Part shown: in pieces, positions 31,780 through 42,122 of the stretch
Layout: each line of letters opens with the position of its first letter
Position numbering within the stretch: position 1 is the stretch's first letter
Source: Meyerozyma guilliermondii
Taxonomy: Eukaryota
Assembly (NCBI GenBank): GCA_051546255.1
Contig: CP128815.1
Span: 1,240,001 to 1,304,000 of the forward strand
Length of the DNA: 64,000 nt
Direction: 5' to 3'
Translations under genes and position numbers: made by a program
The notes under the pieces: model-generated
The model's input: only the letters and a program-made list of their open reading frames with translations
Database searches by the model: none
Told to the model about the DNA's origin: nothing

Positions 31780-33294
31780 CTAAGCTTGAACGACTCTGAC
31801 GGTGTTGGAGTGACCAGAGCCTCTAGTCCATCCTTGAATAGTAACAATTGAGTCGCCCTTCTTGATAATACCCAAATCGATGGCTTCCGAAACAGCCCAT
31901 CTCAATCTGTTCTCTACATCCTCTTGCCAGTTTTCAACCTTACCCTTAGTGTACACGAAGGGGTAGACACCTCTGTACAAGTGACAATACCTAGCAGCTC
32001 TCTCGTTTCTGGTAACCATCATAATTGGAACATTAGGCTTGTATTTGGACACGAGTCTTGAAGTCAAACCAGAAGTAGATAAGACGACAATGGCCTTGGC
32101 ATCTTGCTCGTAGGCAGCGGAAACAGCAGCAATTGCACAAGTTTCGGTGGTAGGAGTAGGTTTCTTGGCCAAAGCTCTGATTTCATTGTGCAATGGCTGG
32201 TAAGCAATAGCCTTTTCAGCAATGATAGCAGTGTTGTGCATCATCGAGACGGCCTCAAATGGGTAGTTACCCTTGGCAGTTTCACCAGACAACATGACAC
32301 AGTCAGCACCATCCAAGATAGCGTTACCGACGTCACTGACTTCGGCTCTGGTTGGTCTTGGGTTGTAGGTCATGGACTCCAACATTTGGGTAGCACAAAT
32401 TACAGGCTTAGCAGCCAAGTTACATTTGGCAATCAACTGCTTTTGAACGACGAACACTTGAGGAGCTGGAATCTCAATACCCAAGTCACCTCTGGCCACC
32501 ATGACACCGTCGGTCTCGGCAAGGATATCATCAAAGTTGTTCACACCTTGTTGGTTCTCGATCTTGGCAATGATCTGAATATCCTTTCCATCTTCACCAA
32601 GGACTTCACGAATGGCCTTGATATCGTCTCCGGAACGAATAAACGAAGCGAAGATCATGTGGACGCCGTTCTTGACACCGAATCTGATATCGTTCTTGTC
32701 CTTTTCAGAAAGAGCAGGAAGATCAACGTCGGTGCCAGGGAGGTTGACACCCTTGTGAGACGAGATGGAACCGGCATTGACAGATCTGACCTTCAAGGTC
32801 TTGGAGTCAACAACTTCAGCAACTTCAAACGAAAGCACACCATCATCTACATATATGATCTTTCCAGTCTCGATGACCTTAGTAATGTTCTTGTAGTCGA
32901 CGTACATGATTTTGTCGTCACATTTCTTCGCGTACTCATCGTCAGTAGTGATAATCATTTCGTGGTTTGGAAGAATTGGGTAATCCTTCTCTCCCACGGT
33001 GGTACCAGTACGGATCTCAGGACCCTTGGTATCCAAGGCAATGGCCAATGGTCTACCAGGATACAACTCCTCCGACTTTCTGGCGTTGTCAATGACCGAC
33101 TGGTGATACTCGTGCGATCCATGAGAGAAGTTCATTCTCACAATGTTAAGACCGGCTTTTCTCAACTTGACCATCACTTCGGCAGAGTTGGTCTTAGGAC
33201 CAATGGTACCGATAATTGAGGAACGACGGAGCACTTTGTCTGGAGTCTCAGTGGTGTTGAGGCAGGTAAGCCAAGTTAAAGCAGCGTGGGACAT
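31780..33294 (-). CDS. CDC19: Pyruvate kinase
   Basis: 'IIGTIGPK', 'RMNFSHG', '[10 protein letters not shown]', '[12 protein letters not shown]', 'ATQMLESM', 'PTRAEVSDV'; strong codon bias. Confidence 0.99.
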   Translation of the reverse strand: MSHAALTWLTCLNTTETPDKVLRRSSIIGTIGPKTNSAEVMVKLRKAGLNIVRMNFSHGSHEYHQSVIDNARKSEELYPGRPLAIALDTKGPEIRTGTTVGEKDYPILPNHEMIITTDDEYAKKCDDKIMYVDYKNITKVIETGKIIYVDDGVLSFEVAEVVDSKTLKVRSVNAGSISSHKGVNLPGTDVDLPALSEKDKNDIRFGVKNGVHMIFASFIRSGDDIKAIREVLGEDGKDIQIIAKIENQQGVNNFDDILAETDGVMVARGDLGIEIPAPQVFVVQKQLIAKCNLAAKPVICATQMLESMTYNPRPTRAEVSDVGNAILDGADCVMLSGETAKGNYPFEAVSMMHNTAIIAEKAIAYQPLHNEIRALAKKPTPTTETCAIAAVSAAYEQDAKAIVVLSTSGLTSRLVSKYKPNVPIMMVTRNERAARYCHLYRGVYPFVYTKGKVENWQEDVENRLRWAVSEAIDLGIIKKGDSIVTIQGWTRGSGHSNTVRVVQA

Positions 33295-33351
33295 ATTACA
33301 ACAGCAGAATGAAGGAAAATAAAATCAGTTGACAACTTTTAACCTCGCAGC

Positions 33352-33386
33352 CGGTCGTGTGTGTTCCGACGGAGTGCCCCGAGCCG
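33352..33386. promoter_or_regulatory. Two tandem Gal4-type CGG-N11-CCG sites upstream of CDC19
   Basis: CGGtcgtgtgtgttCCG 33352-33368 and CGGagtgccccgagCCG 33370-33386. Confidence 0.7.
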
Positions 33387-33800
33387 GTGGAACGGGGCAG
33401 CGGGAACAAACAGGTGGTGTCATAGATAAACTTGACGACAGAAATCTCTATGTCGTGAACCATATACTACGCTTTTTTACTACTAAATAGTGCATAGGTG
33501 ATGAGGATGTATATGATTCATTGAACCACGGCTACCGTCGGCTCTTCTCATAGCGCGCTCGGTGTCGGACTTTGATAAGGCGGTTATCGCATATCGAAAA
33601 ATTTTTCAATTCCTTGATATGGCCCAATAATTGAATGCTTCATTACTTGACACCGTGTTTTGCCCCAATTGTTCTTTCAGCCACCAAATCAGCACAATTA
33701 GCCACGTTCCTTGTACGCACCCACCACACCGCAACTGGTGATTTTCAACACCCAGTCACCCATATGTTAAATCAGATTTCACCAATCGCTACTCACATTC

Positions 33801-34235
33801 ATGGTGGTTCCCATTCTTGTCGGGATTGGGGTCACTGTGGCAGCCTTATTCACGAAATCTACCGTTTCTGCATACAGAAAGTACATCCTACTCACTCCCC
33901 AGATAATAGCATCGCTAAATAACATCAAGCTCACATCTCTGTCACTGCCTTCCACCTACAATGGCAAACCTCACCAGCATGAAGATATACATAAATTATT
34001 GCGCCAGCGGTACCCAAGGGCAGGATTCGATGACAAAATGACCGAGCGAGAAGCACTTTTGATTATGGGTATAGAGGGAGACGATATAATCAAATTTGAT
34101 AGAGCAATGTTAAAAGAGCGATATCGTAAATTGATGGTAATGAACCACCCAGACAAGCATGGGAGCAAGTACTTGGCCCAGAAGATAAATCAAGCAAAGC
34201 AGGTTTTAGAGGATGGTTACATGTTTCGAAGATGA
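33801..34235 (+). CDS. MDJ2: Mitochondrial inner-membrane J-protein Mdj2
   Basis: 'MVVPILVGIGVT' TM segment, 'GFDDKMTEREALLIMGI', 'NHPDKHGSKYLAQKINQAK'; convergent with PEX6 as in S. cerevisiae. Confidence 0.9.
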   Translation: MVVPILVGIGVTVAALFTKSTVSAYRKYILLTPQIIASLNNIKLTSLSLPSTYNGKPHQHEDIHKLLRQRYPRAGFDDKMTEREALLIMGIEGDDIIKFDRAMLKERYRKLMVMNHPDKHGSKYLAQKINQAKQVLEDGYMFRR

Positions 34236-34252
34236 TCGTTGATACATTTATT

Positions 34253-37200
34253 TTAATGGCCATTTGAGATGCCGTTTAGTTGACTAGACTCTTTGGCCTT
34301 TTCCTTACCTCCTTCAAAATTCTCCCGTACCCGAAGATAATGCTGCAATTCTTCAGCACTCACAGATGGTGATAAGTCCAGCTGCGACTTTATAAAATCT
34401 TCCATGGTAACAATGACATTTGTATCGTCTTTGGTTGCAACATTATCAAACCACCATCTGGTCGATACTTCTTCCTGACCAAGAGATTTCCGTTCACGAT
34501 TAAGTACCTTGATCTTTTTGTCAGCTTCTCCTGCAATTCTTGTCATAGCATTCAACATAGCATCCGAGCAAAGCGCATAGAAATCTGCTCCGGTATAAGT
34601 AAAAGAATATTTAGCAGCAATGTCATACAAGTTGACATTATCAGCCAAATTGAACTTCCTGGTAAGTGCTTCCATGATCTTTGCCTGCTTGTCATCTGTA
34701 TCGGAAATCCCCAAATATAACATTTTATCAAACCTCCCGGGCCGTAATAATGCTTCATCCAACAAATCAGGTCGATTTGTCGCTCCAACAACGAAAACTC
34801 CATCTCCTCCATTCTCTCCTCCACCGCTCATACCGTCTAACTCAGCCAATAATTGCGACACAATTCTGTCCATAACTCCTCCAGAATCTCCCTGGTTACC
34901 TCTTTTAGGTGCAACAGAATCCAATTCGTCGAAAAATATGACACATGGTTTAGCGTCTCTAGCTCTTTGAAATACTCGGCGAACATTAGCTTCTGACTCT
35001 CCAATATACATGTTTAAAAGCTCAGGACCTTTTACACTGAAAAAATTCAAAGAAAAGTTGGTGGCTATTGCTTTGGCCAACAATGTCTTACCGGTACCAG
35101 GAGGACCATAAAACAAAATACCACTTCTTTTCTTGACCCCATTGCTGAACAATTCTGGGTGCTTTAAAGGCATATCAATGGTATCTAAGATTTCATCTTT
35201 GACCAAGTCCAAGCCACCGATGTCTTCCCACTTGACATTGGGTATACGAGGGGCTCCTATAGAGTCACTGAACTCGTTCCTAGCCTCGTTGATGGCCTTA
35301 TTGAAATCTTCAGGGATCCATTCAATGAACCCACCCGATGAAATAAGTACCAATTGGTCGACAGAAGTTTTCGTCGACTTAGCCAACTTGTTAATCCTCT
35401 TGATAGCAATTTGCTTAGCCTTCTTTACGATTGATATCAAGTCTCGTGGGGTCAAACCGGCAGATTGCAAAGCAAGAGTTTGAAACTTGACGTCTTTCCG
35501 CTTCCTAAAGTTTACCAGAGCGAAATCAAATGTGGTGGCAGAATTCTCAACTAGTTCGTACAGCTCATAAATTGTATGGTCTGCCTTCTCTAGTTCGTTT
35601 TGAATCAAAAACCTGAATATTTCCTGACGTTCGGCTTCTGTTGGCACTCCAAGGTCAATTTGGAATTTCACCATCAGTCGTACGCTGTCACTTAACTTTT
35701 CGACATCATTGCAGCTCATGACAATCACTAAATTGCGATGAGCATCAAAAAGTCTATCGAGAACTTGTATAACTTTTAGTGAAAGAGAGGTGTTCATACT
35801 TGCGCCCTGCTCGTTCTCATTGGTTTGAACACAAAGCATCTCGATATGTTTCAAGAAAAGGACGTGGAATGGTTCATCACGTTGATCATTGGCCAAGGTC
35901 TTTTCTATTTTGGCGGTTAACGTTCCAATAGTTTTCAACTCAGCCCCCGGGTTAATGAGGTCTAAGCAGTCTAGCTCGATCAAATTGAGCCCCAAGTCGA
36001 TGGCCAAGCTGCGAACTAAAGTCGCTTTACCGAGTCCTCTCGTCATGGAATTGAGTAAGACTGTAGTCCTCAAATTGACCTTAGAATTAGATTCAATGCA
36101 TGTCAGAAGTATCTTTTTGAGCTCAACTGCATATTTGAACACTGTATTATCATTGGATATGACAGAGTTGTAGCTGAATATGCGAGGCAAGTTCAAGTAG
36201 TTGTACCAGTAACTCGTTTCGTTTCCAGGAGGAGAAATGTACTCGATGCCAGACGATATTAATCGGGTTTTTGTTGGATCAATGATAAGCTGCTTATCAG
36301 CGCTTTGATCACCGTCCACTTCCACAATCTTAAACCAAGCAACAGCATCGGTGTCTCCCGTCGGTACGATTCCAGAATCTTCAGCACCATTATTTTCGTC
36401 TTCTTGCTTTGAGGTTTTCAATGTGTCGAACATAGTTTTAGCAAGAACTGTATCAATGAGCACAGGAACCAAGTCTCCCATTCTAACGCATTTTTGGTGT
36501 TCATTAAAGACAGATTTAAGTCCCCCGAAGAAATGAGTTTGGTATGTTTTATCCATAGTGATTGGAGATAGCACTCTAGAAATGGTAACCGATTGCGCAA
36601 CAGGTATAACGTCTGACAATCTCTGATCCGCCGTGGCTGCCTGCAAAGGCTCAAAGTAGATTTTTTCGTCAATTTTAAGGCCGAGGTTTATAAAAAGAAT
36701 TGGCGACAAGTAAATGAACGAGGTACTGAAGTTATTTGGCTCGATAAAGGAATGCACTTTGACAATCGTGGTGTGAGATGCATGGTGTAAATTAACGAGA
36801 TCACCGTCAAAGACAGGAAACCCAAGTTTAGTCATGGCTTTAGCGGTAACATAAACATTCAATTCCGGATCGTCTTTCTTCCAGGTGGGAGTTTCCACCG
36901 GTGCAGGCAAAGGACGTGCTTGAAAGTGGTGGTTTGTAGACGGCTTGGACTCCAAATGCATTGAGTTTGTGAGATAACTTGAAAGGTCGATGATATCGGA
37001 ATCCAGAGCAGTTTCATTCTCAGGTTCCTCAGTATCTACCTCAATTCTTTCAGCTGGTTCGGCCACCTCGTTAGAATGGTCCAGGCTCACAAGTACCACT
37101 TTCGTCTCAGCATCTATACGGCCATGAGAGACAGGTTCAGAAAGAATGATCTGGCCATTTATATCCCTTATTACATCCCCAGAATTCACCACGCCTGAGC

Positions 37201-37732
37201 TTCCTCGCAAAAACTCTGTGATAAGTTTGGAACGGAGGGTTATGGTTGAAATATTAGACAAGATTTTGTACACCGAAGAAGGAACTGAAACGAATACCGA
37301 TGATAATGGTATAATCGATGAAGGCGGTACAGACATTACCACACACAGTGAGACTGTGATTTGCTGATCAAAACGTGACAATGTTGAATTATTGACAAAA
37401 ATCACCGAATTGGATGTTGGAGCATCATGTTCAACAGCACTGACTCGATATAATTTGTACGTATCAAAGTAGTCAGGTGCACCCAAGAGTTTCACAGCCA
37501 CGAATCGGTCTTCAATGTCGCCTTTGTAGCCTATTTGTTGACCATTTTCATGACTTCCGGTTGTCTGTTCACGCTCCGAATCTGGAAAAAGTCGAACAAA
37601 TAGTTCCATGGAAACATGCAAAGCATCATATCGATTGAAGGTGGGGTCATTGATGAAGTGAACATTTGCAGTTGTTGAATACAGCTTCTGGTTGTGGTCT
37701 TCCATTGCAATCTGTGGAAGCGCAGAAGGCAT
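34253..37732 (-). CDS. PEX6: Peroxisomal AAA ATPase Pex6
   Basis: 'IGAPRIPNVKWEDIGGL', Walker A 'GPPGTGKT', 'VKGPELLNMYIGESEANVR', 'FFDELDSVAPKRG'; degenerate D1 domain. First ATG at 37732. Confidence 0.95.
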   Translation of the reverse strand: MPSALPQIAMEDHNQKLYSTTANVHFINDPTFNRYDALHVSMELFVRLFPDSEREQTTGSHENGQQIGYKGDIEDRFVAVKLLGAPDYFDTYKLYRVSAVEHDAPTSNSVIFVNNSTLSRFDQQITVSLCVVMSVPPSSIIPLSSVFVSVPSSVYKILSNISTITLRSKLITEFLRGSSGVVNSGDVIRDINGQIILSEPVSHGRIDAETKVVLVSLDHSNEVAEPAERIEVDTEEPENETALDSDIIDLSSYLTNSMHLESKPSTNHHFQARPLPAPVETPTWKKDDPELNVYVTAKAMTKLGFPVFDGDLVNLHHASHTTIVKVHSFIEPNNFSTSFIYLSPILFINLGLKIDEKIYFEPLQAATADQRLSDVIPVAQSVTISRVLSPITMDKTYQTHFFGGLKSVFNEHQKCVRMGDLVPVLIDTVLAKTMFDTLKTSKQEDENNGAEDSGIVPTGDTDAVAWFKIVEVDGDQSADKQLIIDPTKTRLISSGIEYISPPGNETSYWYNYLNLPRIFSYNSVISNDNTVFKYAVELKKILLTCIESNSKVNLRTTVLLNSMTRGLGKATLVRSLAIDLGLNLIELDCLDLINPGAELKTIGTLTAKIEKTLANDQRDEPFHVLFLKHIEMLCVQTNENEQGASMNTSLSLKVIQVLDRLFDAHRNLVIVMSCNDVEKLSDSVRLMVKFQIDLGVPTEAERQEIFRFLIQNELEKADHTIYELYELVENSATTFDFALVNFRKRKDVKFQTLALQSAGLTPRDLISIVKKAKQIAIKRINKLAKSTKTSVDQLVLISSGGFIEWIPEDFNKAINEARNEFSDSIGAPRIPNVKWEDIGGLDLVKDEILDTIDMPLKHPELFSNGVKKRSGILFYGPPGTGKTLLAKAIATNFSLNFFSVKGPELLNMYIGESEANVRRVFQRARDAKPCVIFFDELDSVAPKRGNQGDSGGVMDRIVSQLLAELDGMSGGGENGGDGVFVVGATNRPDLLDEALLRPGRFDKMLYLGISDTDDKQAKIMEALTRKFNLADNVNLYDIAAKYSFTYTGADFYALCSDAMLNAMTRIAGEADKKIKVLNRERKSLGQEEVSTRWWFDNVATKDDTNVIVTMEDFIKSQLDLSPSVSAEELQHYLRVRENFEGGKEKAKESSQLNGISNGH

Positions 37733-38115
37733 CAACGAAATGTATCCAGAGTGAAGTGGAGGACCTCGGCTTTTGTGGGGAAGTGCTTTGTGCAGGATAC
37801 AAAACACTAAGGCGATGGACAAGCATAAGATAGGAGAGAAAGGCGAGACAGATGTATGAAGAGTAAGAAAAGGTTGTGAAAGCAATTTTGGCCGTTTTTG
37901 CGAGACTCTGAAGGGATATGGATATCTTTCTTGAACACGGTTGCAACTTTGCAACCTTCATCAACGCTTACTAAAAAGGGATATGTAACTCCCCCGTACA
38001 AATGCTACCGATATTAGTTTCGCTTGTGACTTGGAAAAGTCCAGAATATAGGTCTTAAAGCATTACAGACCGACTTGAGGTGTTCTGAATTCATCTTCTC
38101 AAGTTTCGCAAAAGG

Positions 38116-38139
38116 TTACCCGGCCTCGATGAAAAATTT
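38116..38139 (+). promoter_or_regulatory. Reb1 site plus RRPE upstream of the snoRNA
   Basis: TTACCCGG 38116-38123; TGAAAAATTT 38130-38139. Confidence 0.6.
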
Positions 38140-38192
38140 AAAACCTAGAATACAGAGCCTTTCTTCAGTATACATGTTTCATGTATTCTTAA

Positions 38193-38296
38193 ATGATGAA
38201 AAACTATTTGTTTATACCATATAGAGGCCATTTAAGTGCGGTATCGTCTTGATACCGTGTTGGTCGATGATTGGTATTTTGTCATAGTTACACTGA
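38193..38296 (+). ncRNA. snR63: Box C/D snoRNA, snR63 orthologue (guides 25S Am2256, S. cerevisiae numbering)
   Basis: C box ATGATGA 38193-38199; D box CTGA 38293-38296; guide GTCATAGTTAC complementary to 25S helix 69 GUAACUAUGAC, with D+5 on the second A; flanking short stem; next to RPL31 as in S. cerevisiae. Confidence 0.85.
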
Positions 38297-38501
38297 TTAG
38301 AATACTTGCATGTAAATGATTCTGTGTAGGCCGCTATGTGCTAGTCTTCAGCCCTTCTCTCGTCTATTACGTGTATCATACACCATCTGAGTTGCCTCTC
38401 CATTTGCTTTGTTTCTTTTTAACTCTTTTGTTTCTCGCGTACCTCAATTACAGTTTCCAGCTATTATATATGTATTGCTAGTTACTCGTACACCTCACCA
38501 C

Positions 38502-39063
38502 TTATTCGTCATCCTCAACAACAGTGGTGTGCAAACCCTTGACGGAAGCAACATGGACTGGCTCAACGAGAGCGAACAACTTCTCCTTGGCATCCTCCTC
38601 GTCGTTTCTCTTTCTAGAGATTCTCAATCTCATTCTGTATGGAACACCTTGCACACCTCTCTTCCACAAAGCAACGTTCAATTTAGGGTCCAATCTGACA
38701 TCAGTAGTTCTCATGTGCAAAGTAGCGAACTTCTTGATCTCCTTGACAGCCTTTGGGGCTCTCTTTTTGAAGTGAACTCCATGTAACTAAAGTTAGTATA
38801 AATTCATAATCTTCGTATTCCTCATCAGTACATATTATCCAATGGTACTATGCCATCTACTGTATCACTCTGGTCATATAATCAACTCTTTATAAGTCTT
38901 CAACGTGTCTGAATCTTGAATATAGTCGGTTTCAATGGAACAAAGTTCATTGGATATCCACCATAATGTTGATTAAGGAACTACAGTCTCAGTTTCAGAT
39001 TATACATACTCTCTTGTGCAAGTTAATGGTGTATTCACGAGTAACGGTGTCCTGCAAAGCCAT
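38502..39063 (-). CDS. RPL31: 60S ribosomal protein eL31, two exons join(39063..39010,38786..38502), 112 aa
   Basis: Exon 1 '[18 protein letters not shown]'; intron GTATGT...TACTAAC-TT-TAG; exon 2 '[20 protein letters not shown]...VRLDPKLN'. Confidence 0.97.
38787..39009 (-). other. RPL31 intron (223 nt)
   Basis: Canonical GTATGT, TACTAAC and TAG. Confidence 0.95.
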
Positions 39064-39172
39064 CTTGTCTAATGTATTTGTCGCTTGGTAAGGCCAATTT
39101 TTCAATTTTTTCTCACAGTTCGCGGACGTGTATATACCAGGACTTCCGCTGGTGTAAAATTGTTTGGTGCGA

Positions 39173-39198
39173 CACGTGATAGAGAAGGGTTGAGCCCT
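39173..39198. promoter_or_regulatory. Cbf1 site plus Tbf1-like element of a CTG-clade ribosomal protein promoter
   Basis: ATCACGTG (minus strand, 39173-39180) and AGGGTTGAGCCCT 39186-39198. Confidence 0.6.
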
Positions 39199-39211
39199 CG
39201 CACCGTGCAGT

Positions 39212-40276
39212 TCATTCGAGTCCATACACTCGTGAATAATTCGAACTCCACATCTTCTCCACCTTTCTCTCTGCTAAGTTGATGCTGTTGTTCATCCCAC
39301 CTTTAATTTCGTCCGCAACAAGTTTTGCATCTTTTAATTGAAATCTGTAACAATATTGTAGGTCCCATATGCCTAAAAGTGAGCATATAGTACGGCTAGT
39401 GATGGAACCATCTTGTATAAATCGTCCCAATTGTTCGAGTGAGACGTCATATTGATGGTCTTCAAGTGGTGGTTTACTGTTTTGAATTAGAGGTGCAACT
39501 TCAGACAATACCATCAGTAATGCTTCCTTAGTTGAGTCTAAAAGACCATCGTAATAAGTGCCATACACCTTCGTTATCTCATCAAGATAGGTAGAGCCTT
39601 TGGTAGTTGAAAGCTTTAGAAGACAGCCGGCTATTATCCATAATAGTGTGACATTGGAAGCATGCTTAGTATAATGATCGCCCTTCTTAGTAAGCTTCAA
39701 TTCATGTAGTATTGAACCCAAAAGGTTTACAAGCGTCGAATATGCCTTGTTGACCACAAGAACAACAACCACGTCGAAACTTATTCTGGACAATCGCCAC
39801 AAAAGCGTTTCTCGATCTGCCAGAGACGAGCGCAACCGCAACTGATAACTGAGCTTGTAGAATTCATTGACCAAATTCATGTTGGGGGTGGACTTGAGAC
39901 GCAATATTAACACTAGGAGCTCATGGTCTATCAATCCATTATTATTCTTGGGAAGAGGATTCACTTTAGGTGTATTTGTTTCCGTAATGCTTTGATTTTC
40001 CAGGTCATAGAGAGCATTATTCAAGTTCACTGCTTCTCTCTTTGCCACAGGTAACATATTTCCAAACAAAAGAAGCGTCAAGCGAATTTTCCACAACTTG
40101 AGTTTATTCTCCAGCCCCACCAGTGGATCTTGGAGAAGATGGTATGTAAGATCAATCAACGAAGATAACGGTTTCTGGGCATCTATATCAGCATTTAGCT
40201 GGTCCAAAGTGAAGTTTACAATACTGGAAGGTGGTGCCCTGGCAAACAATGAAGAATTCAATAACGGCAACTCCAT
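39212..40276 (-). CDS. Uncharacterised helical protein, possibly TRAPPC12-like
   Basis: 354-aa ORF; 'LKLWKIRLTLLLFGNMLPVAKRE...LY...LIDHELLVLILRL' resembles the conserved TRAPPC12/TTC15 block. Confidence 0.6.
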   Translation of the reverse strand: MELPLLNSSLFARAPPSSIVNFTLDQLNADIDAQKPLSSLIDLTYHLLQDPLVGLENKLKLWKIRLTLLLFGNMLPVAKREAVNLNNALYDLENQSITETNTPKVNPLPKNNNGLIDHELLVLILRLKSTPNMNLVNEFYKLSYQLRLRSSLADRETLLWRLSRISFDVVVVLVVNKAYSTLVNLLGSILHELKLTKKGDHYTKHASNVTLLWIIAGCLLKLSTTKGSTYLDEITKVYGTYYDGLLDSTKEALLMVLSEVAPLIQNSKPPLEDHQYDVSLEQLGRFIQDGSITSRTICSLLGIWDLQYCYRFQLKDAKLVADEIKGGMNNSINLAERKVEKMWSSNYSRVYGLE

Positions 40277-40597
40277 TGTGCCTTTAATAAACGTCCATTC
40301 ATATACTGATTCTTTGGTTCCTCGCTATATCTGGTGTATATGCAGGCCATATTATATGGCTTAGAAGGTAAGGCTTAGACGATAAGTAGCAAGCACGAGG
40401 GTCTAGGCCGAGGCTTGGGTGGCTATTTGTTGAAAATCAGGTGGCACAGTTTAGTGTTTGGCCACTTTTTACTCAGTGATTTTGCAGATAGTGGTGAAAG
40501 ATTGTAGATCCATACACCGGGTATTTTGTGGGGAATCAAGTGTTAAACATTTTGTGGGAATCAACCGTTACAACACCTTCGCTCGTTTCTTGGTCCA

Positions 40598-41011
40598 ATG
40601 ACCGAGAATCTGGTACCTCATCTGGAATTGGTTCAGCTAGCTAAAAGAAAACAACAGAAGCATGCTCATGAATCCAAGATACTTGTGGATCAGCTAAGGA
40701 AGACGCTTCAAGCTATAGTGCAAGCCAACTCCAACGAGATGGGAGTAAGTGCTCCGCCATTACTAGACAAAATAGCCACTATTCACGAGCTTGATAAAGA
40801 GATAGACAGACAGCTAAACAATGATATAGCCATGAGTTTTGAAGAGCTTATGAATGTAAAGTCACGGCTTCAACGGCTTATCGAACGAAGTAATAAAAAG
40901 TTACAGTATGACGATGACAAAACGATTGTGGATGAGATGCAGCGACGGGCGGAGTTGATAGATCAAGAGCTTAGAATATTCGAGCTTACTATGGAGCTAG
41001 TACGTAAATAA
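40598..41011 (+). CDS. BLS1: BLOC-1 subunit Bls1 (BLOS1-like coiled coil)
   Basis: C-terminal 'AELIDQELRIFELTMELV' resembles S. cerevisiae Bls1 'AELVDRDLRILEMTYQLI'; convergent with GAG1 as in YLR407W/YLR408C. Confidence 0.75.
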   Translation: MTENLVPHLELVQLAKRKQQKHAHESKILVDQLRKTLQAIVQANSNEMGVSAPPLLDKIATIHELDKEIDRQLNNDIAMSFEELMNVKSRLQRLIERSNKKLQYDDDKTIVDEMQRRAELIDQELRIFELTMELVRK

Positions 41012-41051
41012 GGGAAATCGATGCAAATTAAAATGCTATGTATGACAAATT

Positions 41052-41852
41052 CTATGGTAGACCTTTAGCTGCTCGTTCCCATTTCTCTTCTGCTATCCAT
41101 CCAGCATTAATGATCTTGGTAAGATCTTCCAAATTAACATATCTATCCTGTCTCAATACACGGCCCCGATCAACAAGGTTGGTGTATACTTTTGGAAGAG
41201 CTTCTCGTGGTAGATGCGATAACGATTGTTCCACAATATGATCTTCAATATCTTCTTCGCTCTTTGTTGGCGTCAACCAAATATTGCGCCTGTATTTCCA
41301 GAGCTTTTCACCCAAACAGTCACCAGACGACAAGGGTTCTTGCTTGTCTTGTTCCATCTGCTCTCGAAGCTTACAAACATCAAGCTCGTCATAATTGGTG
41401 CTTTCAACCGCAGTACTTCCAGCTTCTTGGTTATCGCTGCCGACCCGCTTCAGTATCAGCAATCCCACATCTTGACCAACTGGAGACTCAGACCCCATGG
41501 TCGTGGATGACCGTATCTCATCGTTGCCCTGTTGGTGATGCTCGTACATTTTTTCTAGACTCTTGTGCTTTCGATATTCCTGCAAAAATGCTTCTTCGGC
41601 CGAGGTGTACGCCTTACTCACCTTTGTCAAACGCTCAAACGCCCCTTCAGAGTCACTGGTTTCGAAAAGTTCGTCGAAACTTCCGTCGGGAGCAAACACA
41701 ACTTCTGATAACGAACGTATTCGGGCCCAAAAATTACCCCACTCGCTAGTCGCTCGCTTAAGCAACGTGTTTACTTTGCTTCTTCTATTCTTTTTGGTTC
41801 TGGACTGATCTTTACTTCGTTGGGGTGAATGGGATATGTCTTGTTCTGGCAT
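41052..41852 (-). CDS. GAG1: Gag1/YLR407W-like (DUF4050) protein
   Basis: 'GEKLWKYRRNIWL', 'VYTNLVDRGRVL...VNLEDLTKIINAGW'; synteny. Confidence 0.75.
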   Translation of the reverse strand: MPEQDISHSPQRSKDQSRTKKNRRSKVNTLLKRATSEWGNFWARIRSLSEVVFAPDGSFDELFETSDSEGAFERLTKVSKAYTSAEEAFLQEYRKHKSLEKMYEHHQQGNDEIRSSTTMGSESPVGQDVGLLILKRVGSDNQEAGSTAVESTNYDELDVCKLREQMEQDKQEPLSSGDCLGEKLWKYRRNIWLTPTKSEEDIEDHIVEQSLSHLPREALPKVYTNLVDRGRVLRQDRYVNLEDLTKIINAGWIAEEKWERAAKGLP

Positions 41853-42122
41853 AGGAATCTATTGCTTAAACGAAAACACAAAACTAGTACAAAAATTCAC
41901 CAGGTTTCAAGTCTTCGCAACTTGAATCGAAGAGGTTACACAAGCTGGGACATATATTGGCTGATCCCGCTCAACCCGAGTTTCTCAGAGTGAATATATT
42001 TAGTGTGAATAATGGCGTTGCGATGCGGTCCTGCCTCATACCCCACTAAGAAATATGCGAAGAAAATTATGTAAGGTGATTTCTGTGGCTCTGTTGCCCT
42101 TCGTTTAATACATTTACATAGA

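Noticed and set aside
32104..33219. 371-aa ORF antisense to CDC19
   Set aside because: Shadow ORF expected from the strong codon bias of pyruvate kinase; TTG start and no recognisable domain.
37733..37954. Track N-terminal extensions from TTG/GTG starts (PEX6; similarly PMT6, ACP, POB3, UTP21, DIB1)
   Set aside because: Bacterial-style start calls; homology begins at downstream ATGs.
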